Below, in pieces: positions 40,001 to 46,661 of a stretch of 64,000 bases of DNA; within the stretch, counting starts at the first letter, position 1; every line of letters starts with the position of its first letter. The notes beneath the pieces are model-generated. The model saw only the letters and a program-made list of their open reading frames with translations, made no database searches and had not been told where the DNA came from. This stretch comes from a bacterium (GTDB taxonomy: Bacteria > Patescibacteriota > Minisyncoccia > Phycocordibacterales > Phycocordibacteraceae). The translations under genes and the position numbers were made by a program. Where the stretch lies: assembly GCA_021849125.1 (NCBI GenBank), contig JAJZTG010000003.1, positions 2,133-66,132 of the forward strand, given 5' to 3'.

Positions 40001-43000
40001 TGGAACATCCGACAGCGACCTCTTACGCCTTCAAACCACTTATGGCACCAATTCGGCGAAGAAATCCATCAGTTGGTATGACACGACAAATGTTACGGGA
40101 CAAATTGATACCCGATATGATGGAACCACCGTAGATATGGTTTTTGGCAGCTTGTATAACACCACCGATTTATATAATTCTACGGCCAGAATGGTGATTA
40201 AAGGAAACGGCAACGTCGGCATCGGGACGACCGCGCCCTCCGCGCCACTCACGATTCAAAACAACGTTGCGACCTCCTCGCCGATTCTCTCATTCCTTGA
40301 CTCGACCGGCGCGACCTCACTCGAGATCCGCGCGTCCACCTCGACGCTCCTCAACACCTTTATAGGTACGAGTGCGGGTGCGGCAAACACCACTGGCTAC
40401 TACAATACTGCTACCGGTTATGGTGCCCTCTACTCAAACACCACTGGTTACCAAAACGTCGCAAATGGTATCGCCGCTCTCTACGCAAACACGAGCGGCT
40501 ACCGTAACGTTGCCACCGGTGGGAACGCGCTTCGCTACAACACTACCGGTAATAACAACGTCGCAAGTGGCGACGCGGCGCTCTTCTCCAACATCACCGG
40601 TACTTCAAACGTCGCGCTCGGCAGCACCGCGCTCTACTACAACGCCTCCGCAACTTCGACGGTGGCAGTCGGTTTCAATGCCGCCGCCGGCACCGCCGCG
40701 TACTCCAACCAAGGCGGCGTGTACGTGGGTTACCAAGCCGGCTACAGCGCCCAGACCGGTTCCGACTACAACACGCTCGTTGGTTATAGTGCCGGCCACG
40801 ATGTAACGACCGGTACCGCAGAAGTGGCCCTTGGGGCAAATGCACTTCTTCACACCACTACCGGCAATCACAACGTTGCGATTGGTATTAGCGCTTTGCA
40901 ATCAAACACCACCGGGGGTGCGAATGTCGCGATCGGCAGCTCAGCTTTACAAAATGACGTATCAAGTGGCGGTAGTACCGCTGTCGGGTATCAAACGCTC
41001 AGTGCAAACACTACGGGTGCCAACAACGTCGGTCTCGGTTACTATGCACTCGTCAATAACAAGACGGGTTCCAACAACGTCGCATTGGGTGGGAATTCCC
41101 TCCAGTCGAACATCACCGGCTCTGAGAACACTGCTGTCGGTTTGGGGGCGCTTTACTACAACGCTTCCGCCACTTCTTCGGTCGCAATCGGGCGTGCTGC
41201 CGCCCAAGGCACAGCCGCCTACTCCAACCAAGGTGGTGTGTACGTGGGCTACCTGGCTGGCTACAGCGCCCAGACGGGTTCCGACTACAACACATTCGTG
41301 GGCTACACGGCAGGTTACAACACCACTACCGGCTATTGGAACGTTGGAAATGGTTATGAATCCCTGTACTCAAACACCACTGGTGATCAGAACATTGCCC
41401 TCGGTCCAAAAGCGCTCCGCTCCAACACCACAGGAAGGTTTAATTTCGCAGGAGGTGCGTACGCGCTTTATTCAAATACCACCGGTACTTCAAACGTCGC
41501 GATCGGCAATCAGGTCGCTTACTTCAACTCGTCCGCCACATCGACCGTCGCTATTGGCTATTACGCAGCTCAAGGCACCGCCGCATACTCAAACCAAGGT
41601 GGTGTGTACGTGGGCTACCTGGCTGGCTACAGCGCCCAGACCGGCTCGGACTACAACACGTTCGTGGGCTACCAGTCTGGCTATTCAGACACCGTTGGTT
41701 TTTACAATACAGCTTCTGGGTACACAGCGCTCTACTCAAACGCTGGGGGTTCTTATAATAATGCCTACGGTAGCGCTGCGCTCCAGAACACGACAGGATC
41801 TCAGAATACGGCAATTGGATCGGGCGCAGGTAGCGGCATCACAAGCGGTTCCAACAACATTGCTATCGGCTATAACGCCCAGGTGCCGACACCGACCGCT
41901 TCGAACCAGATTCGCCTCGGCGATGCGAATATCACTTACGCGGGTATCCAGGTGTCGTGGACGGTGACATCCGATCGCAAGTACAAGACCGACATCAAGC
42001 CGGTTGCTTTCGGCCTCGACTTCGTGAATCAGCTTCAGCCAGTCGACTACTTGCGCGTGAATGATGCAAGCGGCGGCAGGGAAGCCGGCTTCGTGGCGCA
42101 GGACGTGAATCAGACGCTCCTCTCTGCCACCTCGACCGCCTATGGGCTCATAAGCTACGACCCGACGGCCGCTGCTTACTCGCTCCGCTACAACGACTTC
42201 ATCCCGATCCTCACCCGCGCAGTGCAGCAGCTTGATACGAAGGTAAACCTTATCGCGAGCTCGACCGCGTCGACGACGCAGATCTTCGTCGACACCACGG
42301 GTAACGTCGGCATCGGCACCACCAGTCCGAATCATACTTTGACGATCGCGGGCGACGTGGGTGCGATCGCCTTCGTGAACACTTCGACGCGCACGGCAAA
42401 GACCGACATCAGCTATGTCGGCGAGTCGGCAAGCGACGAGATGTATGACCAGCTTCTCAAGATCAAGGTCGCGAACTACCGCTACAAGATCGAGCCCACG
42501 AGCGATCCGCTCCGCCTCGGCTTCATCGCGGAAGAGGTGCAGCAAGTAGCTCCTGAGATCCTCTCGCCCGATGGTAAGGGCGTCGACCTCTACAAGCTCG
42601 CGACCTTCACGCTCTCGGGCGTGCAGACCTTGGCCGGGAAGGTCGACGCGCAGGGCGTGCGGCTCGCCTCGCTTGAGGACCGCGTCGCCAAGCTCGAGAG
42701 CGGGGACGTCTCGGTGGCAAGCGGCTCGCCGGTGAGCTTCTCCTCAGCATCGCTTGCAAGCGCGCTTAGCGGGTTCGGCGTGCTTATCGACAAGGGCATC
42801 GCGCAGTTCAATACGCTCGTCTTCCGCACGCTCGTGGCAAGCTCGGATGCCGATGGGACCAGTAGCGCGGGCAGCGTGACGATCCTCACCGGCAATACCG
42901 TCGCCCAGGTGAATAATGCGCTCGTGAAGCCTTCGACCAAGATCTTCGTCACCTTCAACGCGCAGCTTACGGGCAGCTGGTGGGTGAGCGACAAAGCCGA

Positions 43001-43754
43001 CGGCTCCTTCCGCGTGGTGCTCTCCGACCCTCAGACGGGCGACGTCTCCTTCGACTACTTCCTCGTCCAGACGGAAGGCCAGATCGCGACCCCGACGGCA
43101 AGCGGCTATCAAGGCATCTCGCAATCGAGCGGGCCGGATACGGTCGCGCCGGTGATCACGCTCCTCGGCGATAACCCGGTGTACCTCTCGGTCGGTGGTA
43201 CTTTCACGGAGCCGGGGGTCACCGTGACCGATAACGCCGACGGCACGGATCCGTACAAGACCTACGTGAACGGTATCGAGCAGGCGGCGGACGCAGGGAC
43301 CATCGATACCTCGAGTCCGACGACTTACATCATCACCTACACCGCACGAGACGCGGCAGGAAATACGACCAGCGCGCACCGCTCGGTAATCGTCGGCAAT
43401 CCGGACGGTACGGTCTCGGCTGACAGCGGAAGTCCGACTTCCACAGACACGACCGCACCGGTCGTGACCCTGAACGGCTCTGCGGCGATGGAACTTGTCC
43501 AGAGCGGTACCTTCACCGACCCGGGCGCGACCGCCACTGACGATACCGATGGCGACCTCACTGCAAAGGTCGTGGAGACGGGCAGCGTGGATACTGCGAC
43601 GACAGGCCTCTACACGCTCACGTACTCGGCTACCGACGCGGCGGGGAACACGGGCAGCGTCTCGCGCGTCGTTTCGGTCGTCGCGCCGGCGGCGGCCACG
43701 ACGACCGAGACGACGGCCACTGGCGGCACGGCCTCCTCCACCCCGGCACAATAA
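34047..43754 (+). CDS. Giant (3235 aa) fibre/adhesin-like protein: HTH, TM, Ala-rich helical stalk, GNVGIGT and NTTG beta-repeats, two peptidase-S74 chaperone domains, two DUF5011/HYR-like Ig domains
   Basis: LVTTKEASESSGYTSDYLARLVRSG..WFV; TM near aa 115-135; repeated GIGTTSP and 18-aa ALYSNTTG units; TSDRKYK..GFVAQD and TSTRTAK..GFIAEE; DT.APV.TL.G..F.DPG.T.TD..DG. Confidence 0.85.
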   Translation: MNSPLQNLVTTKEASESSGYTSDYLARLVRSGEIEGRKIGHNWFVDRVSLEEFRDKQRSRKLDRARELSDTRSREYHGNLQDAGAPARTVPKELIRKTALPAAEVSLAPVSFASHLVAFTAALAIVGGGAFVAQASVGIQAAGRVVAFAQEAADGFKIAFGDAPAQVAARFANVDTMMRTSADRVAMNAASAEAAYASLPLAQVTPATMRSFLVKGYETRQRAVFAQVPSYKTSTYDPIDWATFGHDTYAFVTSPSRIHDVLSNAYLSVGMSAYRGIESAFSAYEAFVNHAGQEMLVLGTATRDALVASPSKVSRAAVALGEAVQDLTHAAIRADVALAYGTAEAAPASARAVVAFLGSTGSTLANTTEQIPHAIADGYLAAAAWPATAGPQLASSVFGLEYQAAHRFVTFTDDLSSRYLAVVEGAGAFAYGATEHAKSAGSLLAVVPEWLTSDSLARTHIPQAVAAVVAAVPDLSAGQQAALTVYQTVSGFLGAAKHFIASLIPAPQNVAVQTPAPAVATTTERIITVPQNVTTYPTYTTVVRGASQEYVAQSISSLRAEVLATVANMIAPIAHQTATNITTIQQVNRIQDLSDLIVRNGDFRGGTFDNGRITNGISVSANTGTFTTLSGGSTSLATTTITGNLTLNGNQTISGSLTIGTTTITGPLSTSGTITGTYFVATSTTATSTLAGSLNIDSGGFVYATSTRNVGIGVLSPAALLAIQNSTSTQPIFTVKNAAGTEVYRITDSGFVGIGSTSPTYNLAVEGTSSLGNNAIAGYFTATSTTATSTFAGALAVGTTSPVAGALFTVGTSTPLLHISSNTGYIGIGTSSPAVALDLYATTAMRIPVGTTAQRPSGDVGYIRYNTTTHQFEGYGDNSVWQGLGGVINAAQTTYITAGTDDFLRFVTSSVERMTITAAGLVGIGSTSPTYNFSVEGTSSLGNNAIAGYFTATSTTASQFPYASTTALSAYNSLFAGSTATSTIAGDYNASSIRGALTVYGNTTSGSASSLTLQRGSTNGDNTLAFNDQTGSPLLKLYTSANTGYSYLTGYQSYLSLGTSLGGQVLRIDTSGNITTTANVIPSANQTYNLGSPAVYWNNAYINNIVANNLSSASTSIAGTNTSSFSIYSNNPTTDTQDISLIFYRGAGASSNGVLAWNSTLKRFDLNQNLHIVNDSTAPASTTLVVQGVSGQTGPLTSWLNSAGEYLATLTSSGSFGIGTSSPYASLSIAGSAGGTSSLFAISTSTAGYATTTALSVDRNGNLSLLNGASLTVSGTTSFSGSFSPNVGSNVLLSTNASGNIVATSSPTADYFTATSTTASQFPYASTTAITASGTGYFGSLGGAAFSSLTTNYLPKWGNGTFSNSLIFDNGTNVGIGTTSPSALLSIQNNVSTSSPVVSLFDSTGATSLELRASTSTLNNTFIGVNAGAVNTTGSANTVIGYGSFPVNTTGYSNVAVGFNTLFSNTTGYSNTALGINALYTNTSGYENVSVGRASLYSNTTGTWNSATGYRALYSNTTGVSNTANGWGALNKTTTGSYNSAIGDSSLYFNTTGASNVAVGAGSLYYNNAATSSVAIGRQAGRGTAAYANQGGVYVGYRSGYSAATGSDFNTFVGYTAGYNTTTGTYNIANGAYALYSNTTGNFNSALGVSVLYANTTGSYNVADGFNTLRYNTTGSYNVADGTNALFSNTTGANNVAEGASALYYNASATSSVAVGYAAASGAAAYANQGGVYVGYQSGYSAATGSDFNTFVGYTAGYNTTTGTYNIANGAYALYSNTTGNFNSALGVSVLYANTTGSYNVADGFNTLRYNTTGSYNVADGTNALFSNTTGANNVAEGASALYYNASATSSVAVGYAAASGAAAYANQGGTYLGYQSGYSAATGSDYNTLVGYQSGYGITTGSNNIWIGAATSSTAIANLTTGSQNILIGNNISLPSATASGQLNIGNIIFGTGITGTGSTVSTGNIGVGTAGPGAKLHIYDGGTGTSDSDLLRLQTTYGTNSAKKSISWYDTTNVTGQIDTRYDGTTVDMVFGSLYNTTDLYNSTARMVIKGNGNVGIGTTAPSAPLTIQNNVATSSPILSFLDSTGATSLEIRASTSTLLNTFIGTSAGAANTTGYYNTATGYGALYSNTTGYQNVANGIAALYANTSGYRNVATGGNALRYNTTGNNNVASGDAALFSNITGTSNVALGSTALYYNASATSTVAVGFNAAAGTAAYSNQGGVYVGYQAGYSAQTGSDYNTLVGYSAGHDVTTGTAEVALGANALLHTTTGNHNVAIGISALQSNTTGGANVAIGSSALQNDVSSGGSTAVGYQTLSANTTGANNVGLGYYALVNNKTGSNNVALGGNSLQSNITGSENTAVGLGALYYNASATSSVAIGRAAAQGTAAYSNQGGVYVGYLAGYSAQTGSDYNTFVGYTAGYNTTTGYWNVGNGYESLYSNTTGDQNIALGPKALRSNTTGRFNFAGGAYALYSNTTGTSNVAIGNQVAYFNSSATSTVAIGYYAAQGTAAYSNQGGVYVGYLAGYSAQTGSDYNTFVGYQSGYSDTVGFYNTASGYTALYSNAGGSYNNAYGSAALQNTTGSQNTAIGSGAGSGITSGSNNIAIGYNAQVPTPTASNQIRLGDANITYAGIQVSWTVTSDRKYKTDIKPVAFGLDFVNQLQPVDYLRVNDASGGREAGFVAQDVNQTLLSATSTAYGLISYDPTAAAYSLRYNDFIPILTRAVQQLDTKVNLIASSTASTTQIFVDTTGNVGIGTTSPNHTLTIAGDVGAIAFVNTSTRTAKTDISYVGESASDEMYDQLLKIKVANYRYKIEPTSDPLRLGFIAEEVQQVAPEILSPDGKGVDLYKLATFTLSGVQTLAGKVDAQGVRLASLEDRVAKLESGDVSVASGSPVSFSSASLASALSGFGVLIDKGIAQFNTLVFRTLVASSDADGTSSAGSVTILTGNTVAQVNNALVKPSTKIFVTFNAQLTGSWWVSDKADGSFRVVLSDPQTGDVSFDYFLVQTEGQIATPTASGYQGISQSSGPDTVAPVITLLGDNPVYLSVGGTFTEPGVTVTDNADGTDPYKTYVNGIEQAADAGTIDTSSPTTYIITYTARDAAGNTTSAHRSVIVGNPDGTVSADSGSPTSTDTTAPVVTLNGSAAMELVQSGTFTDPGATATDDTDGDLTAKVVETGSVDTATTGLYTLTYSATDAAGNTGSVSRVVSVVAPAAATTTETTATGGTASSTPAQ
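36301..36917 (+). repeat. Intragenic direct repeat (~107 bp, 510 bp apart)
   Basis: GIGSTSPTYN..VEGTSSLGNNAIAGYFTATSTTA encoded at ~36301 and ~36811 with near-identical DNA. Confidence 0.8.
38799..39652 (+). repeat. Near-perfect 417-bp (139-aa) tandem duplication inside the giant gene
   Basis: GCCGCCTACGCGAACCAAGG recurs at 38799, 39216 and 39633; off-frame ORFs 38995-39192 and 39412-39609 are identical. Confidence 0.92.
43428..43442. repeat. REP-like palindrome inside the giant CDS (encodes GSPTS)
   Basis: GGAAGTC-C-GACTTCC at the boundary before the last Ig module. Confidence 0.7.
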
Positions 43755-43761
43755 TCAAATC

Positions 43762-43784
43762 ACTTGGAAGTTGGACTTCCAAGT
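43762..43784. repeat. REP-like palindrome
   Basis: ACTTGGAAGT-TGG-ACTTCCAAGT, 7 nt after the giant gene stop. Confidence 0.8.
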
Positions 43785-43883
43785 CTTCTTCCAAGCAGGC
43801 GAGTGCTAAGATATATAAACGAATGAGAAAGACGCCTTTCGAAGTTTCGACCATGACCGCAACGACCATATACACATAAAGGT

Positions 43884-44417
43884 ATGCGGAAAAAAGAAAA
43901 CAATTACGCTTTCATAGACAGCCAGAACTTGAACCTAGGTATACAGAGGCTCGGCTGGGGTCTTGACTACAAAAGATTCAGAGTGTACCTAGCTGAGAAA
44001 TACGGCGTTACGCGAGCGTATATGTTCATCGGCTTCGTGGCGCTAAATCAATCACTCTACGACAATTTGCAAGAAGCAGGGTTCATCTTGAAGTTCAAGC
44101 CTACGATTCCCGATATGGAGGGGAAAATTAAAGGGAACATAGATGCTGATCTTGTCTTGCGTGCCGTCCTTGAGATTGGCGAGTATGATACCGCTGTCAT
44201 TGTCACGAGTGATGGCGATTTCTATTCGCTCGTTCAGCATCTCTACGAAAATGGGAAATTGAAAGCCGTCCTGAGTCCGGATATACATATGGCTTCAAGC
44301 TTATTGAAACAAACCGCAAAAGAGAGAATCCATTTTATGAATGATTTGCGGGGTTTGCTGGGGTACAAAAGAAAAGCACCGCGAGGGGACGGAACCCGAC
44401 GCAGTGCCTTTCCCTAG
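43884..44417 (+). CDS. NYN domain (LabA/DUF88, PIN-like) protein
   Basis: AFIDSQNL, KGNIDADLV, IVTSDGDFYSLV. Confidence 0.88.
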   Translation: MRKKENNYAFIDSQNLNLGIQRLGWGLDYKRFRVYLAEKYGVTRAYMFIGFVALNQSLYDNLQEAGFILKFKPTIPDMEGKIKGNIDADLVLRAVLEIGEYDTAVIVTSDGDFYSLVQHLYENGKLKAVLSPDIHMASSLLKQTAKERIHFMNDLRGLLGYKRKAPRGDGTRRSAFP

Positions 44418-44463
44418 AAATACCTAATCATGCTAGCAAACACCGAAAGGAAGTCAATCGGAT

Positions 44464-44615
44464 ATGGGCACAACCGCAACTTCTTCAACCGCTAGCGCCG
44501 CCGCACCAGCGCAATAGCCTATGTTGTGGAAGTCCGACTTCCACAGACACGACCGCACCGGTCGTAACCCTGAACGGCTCTGCGGCGCTTGAGCTCACCC
44601 AGGGCGGCACGTACC
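44464..44615 (+). pseudogene. Orphan fragments of the giant gene 3' end: tail (..TATSSTASAAAPAQ*), palindrome, then start of an Ig module
   Basis: 44528-44587 matches 43428-43487 at 59/60 nt and reads GSPTSTDTTAPVVTLNGSAALELTQGGTY; 44464-44517 ends PAQ* like the giant protein. Confidence 0.78.
44525..44545. repeat. REP-like palindrome
   Basis: TGTGGAAGTC-C-GACTTCCACA. Confidence 0.85.
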
Positions 44616-44616
44616 A

Positions 44617-44643
44617 AATTACCAAGGTCGGACCTTGGTAATT
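44617..44643. repeat. REP-like palindrome (CAAGGTCnGACCTTG type) just after the RAYT stop
   Basis: AATTACCAAGGTC-G-GACCTTGGTAATT. Confidence 0.85.
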
Positions 44644-44648
44644 AACGG

Positions 44649-45338
44649 TCAGGACATGTCTTTCGCGTAATCGCGTGCATCCGCGAGCATCGTGTCGAAA
44701 GAGGGTCTCTCTTCAACAAGTTCTAGTATCGAGTCAGTATCAGTGACACCTCTAAAATCCGAACGGTCGCTTATATAATCATTAAGGCTTGAGAAAGGGT
44801 ATTCTTGCAATTTCATGCGGAGCATCTTCTCATCAGAGACAAGACCTTCTTTCCACTTCGGTTCGTATAATTCCGCAGGATTCGCGTGGATATAGTTCAC
44901 GACTCTGCGTAGATATGAGTCATCCGCAACATGCTTCGCTTTGAATTTTCCGGAAAAGAGCGCCCCGGTACGATCGTACTTTTTATTGAAATACATCGTA
45001 TAGCCAGTACCCAGCTTGCGCATGAATGCCGTGATACCGCCCTCAATACGCTCGCGGATAAGAAGATGGTAGTGGTTAGGCATGAGCGCGTAGGCACCGA
45101 GATCAACAAAGGCATCGTTACGCTCCAGTCCAATAACTTTCTCCAAGGTCGGACCTTGGTTAAGTTGTTCGCGGAATGTGCTTAGGTGGAGAGGGGAGCT
45201 GCTGTTTGAGACGTAGAGAAGCATTTGGAATCGTTCGTAATCGCGGCGGTCCATGAAGATCGTGCGCTTATCGACACCGCGGCTGTAGCAGTGGAACCAT
45301 TCGTCCGGGGCAAAGGCGATTGCGCGCTCCATGTGCAT
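44649..45338 (-). mobile_element. REP-associated tyrosine transposase (RAYT, IS200-like Y1 HUH nuclease); start may be 45332
   Basis: FHCYSRG, YALMPNHYHLL (HUH), YFNKKYDRTGALF..FK, YIHANP (catalytic Tyr), YPFSS; flanked by palindromes. Confidence 0.88.
45143..45159. repeat. REP-like palindrome inside the RAYT CDS (encodes QGPTL)
   Basis: CCAAGGTC-G-GACCTTGG. Confidence 0.75.
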
Positions 45339-45351
45339 AGTTTACCAAGTT

Positions 45352-45370
45352 ACCAAGGTCCGACCTTGGT
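45352..45370. repeat. REP-like palindrome upstream of RAYT
   Basis: ACCAAGGTC-C-GACCTTGGT. Confidence 0.85.
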
Positions 45371-45462
45371 TTTGGGACGGTAAGTTAAAGAGTGGTGGAA
45401 AGGGGGTGAGGGGCCGGTGCTATACTTATATATGTATTTGCTAACCTAAATCTCGTTTCATC

Positions 45463-46473
45463 ATGGCTATTCGCGTCGCAATTAACGGATTCGGTCGTAT
45501 CGGTCGCGCTTTCGCGCGTCGCTCGGCAGGGAGGGGTATCGAGATCGTCGCAGTGAACGACCTCGGTTCTCTTGAGAACCTCGCCTACCTCTTGAAGCAC
45601 GATACGGTCTACGGCAAAGCGCCGTTTGAGGTCGAAGCGAAGGACGGCAGTCTCTTTATTGACGGAAAAGAGGTGAAGTTCCTCTCGGAGAAGGAACCGG
45701 CGAACCTTCCGTGGAAGGAGCTCGCTATCGACGTGGTCGTCGAATCGACCGGCTTCTTCACACACTACGAAGACGCGCAAAAGCATGTGCAGGCGGGCGC
45801 CAAGCGTGTGGTCATCACCGCCCCGGCGAAAGGTGACGAAGCGCTCGGCGCGACGATTCTCATGGGGCTCAATGAGGACCGCTTCGCGGCGCATACGGTG
45901 ACGAGCAATGCTTCCTGCACCACTAACTCCGCAAGTCCGATCATCGCGATCCTCGACGAAGCGATCGGCATCGAGAAGGCGGTGCTCTCGACGACGCATG
46001 CCTACACGGCAAGCCAGTCGATCGTCGACGGCCCGTCGAAGAAGGATATGCGCGAAGGGCGCGCCGGCGCGGCAAACATCACGCCGACTTCGACCGGCGC
46101 CGCGATCGCCGTGACCCAGGCGTATCCGGCGCTTGCCGGAAAGTTCGACGGTATCTCGCTCCGTGTCCCGGTACCGGCCGGGTCAATCGCGGATGTCACG
46201 TTCATCGCGAAGCGCCCGACGACGCGCGATGAGGTGAATGAGATACTGCGCGGCGCCGCAGCGGCGCCGCGCTGGGAGGGCATCTTTACCGTGACCGAAG
46301 AGGAGCTCGTCTCAAGCGACATCGTCGGCGCGCCGCACGCATCGATCGCTGATCTCGGCATGACCCGCGTGGTCGACGGCAATCTCGTGAAGGTGCTCTC
46401 TTGGTACGATAACGAGATGGGGTACACCGAAGCGCTCGTGCGCCACGTGCTTGCGGCCGCTAAAAATGCCTAG
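45463..46473 (+). CDS. gap: Type I glyceraldehyde-3-phosphate dehydrogenase
   Basis: AINGFGRIGR, VVESTG, SNASCTTN, PTSTGAA, RVPV, WYDNEMGY. Confidence 0.96.
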   Translation: MAIRVAINGFGRIGRAFARRSAGRGIEIVAVNDLGSLENLAYLLKHDTVYGKAPFEVEAKDGSLFIDGKEVKFLSEKEPANLPWKELAIDVVVESTGFFTHYEDAQKHVQAGAKRVVITAPAKGDEALGATILMGLNEDRFAAHTVTSNASCTTNSASPIIAILDEAIGIEKAVLSTTHAYTASQSIVDGPSKKDMREGRAGAANITPTSTGAAIAVTQAYPALAGKFDGISLRVPVPAGSIADVTFIAKRPTTRDEVNEILRGAAAAPRWEGIFTVTEEELVSSDIVGAPHASIADLGMTRVVDGNLVKVLSWYDNEMGYTEALVRHVLAAAKNA

Positions 46474-46661
46474 GACTCATAGCGAAAATAACCGCATGAT
46501 TGAGGTCAGGAAAATATCAGCTTGGCGCCAGAATCGGCAAAAATCCTACTGCGACCCAGCTTCGGTCATTTCTCCGTATCACCAATACGCAGAAATGCCC
46601 TCATTGAGTCTCGTCACGGATTTTTGCCGATTCTATTCGCCATTATTTTCGCTATGAGTCC
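46473..46661. mobile_element. MITE-like element with 19-bp terminal inverted repeats and nested internal hairpins
   Basis: GGACTCATAGCGAAAATAA (46473-46491) / TTATTTTCGCTATGAGTCC (46643-46661); inner 17-bp pair 46530-46546 / 46618-46634; central hairpin 46567-46597. Confidence 0.75.

Noticed and set aside
38300-41900. CRISPR-like periodic repeats
   Set aside because: The repeats are in-frame coding units (multiples of 3) without unique spacers, and there are no cas genes.
34047-43754. Prophage tail-fibre gene
   Set aside because: S74 and GNVGIGT motifs are phage-like, but there are no capsid, terminase, portal or integrase genes, and the neighbours are housekeeping genes.
43428-44615. Diversity-generating retroelement (VR/TR pair) suggested by the duplicated 3' segment of the giant gene
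   Set aside because: Mismatches are not confined to adenines and there is no reverse transcriptase in the window.
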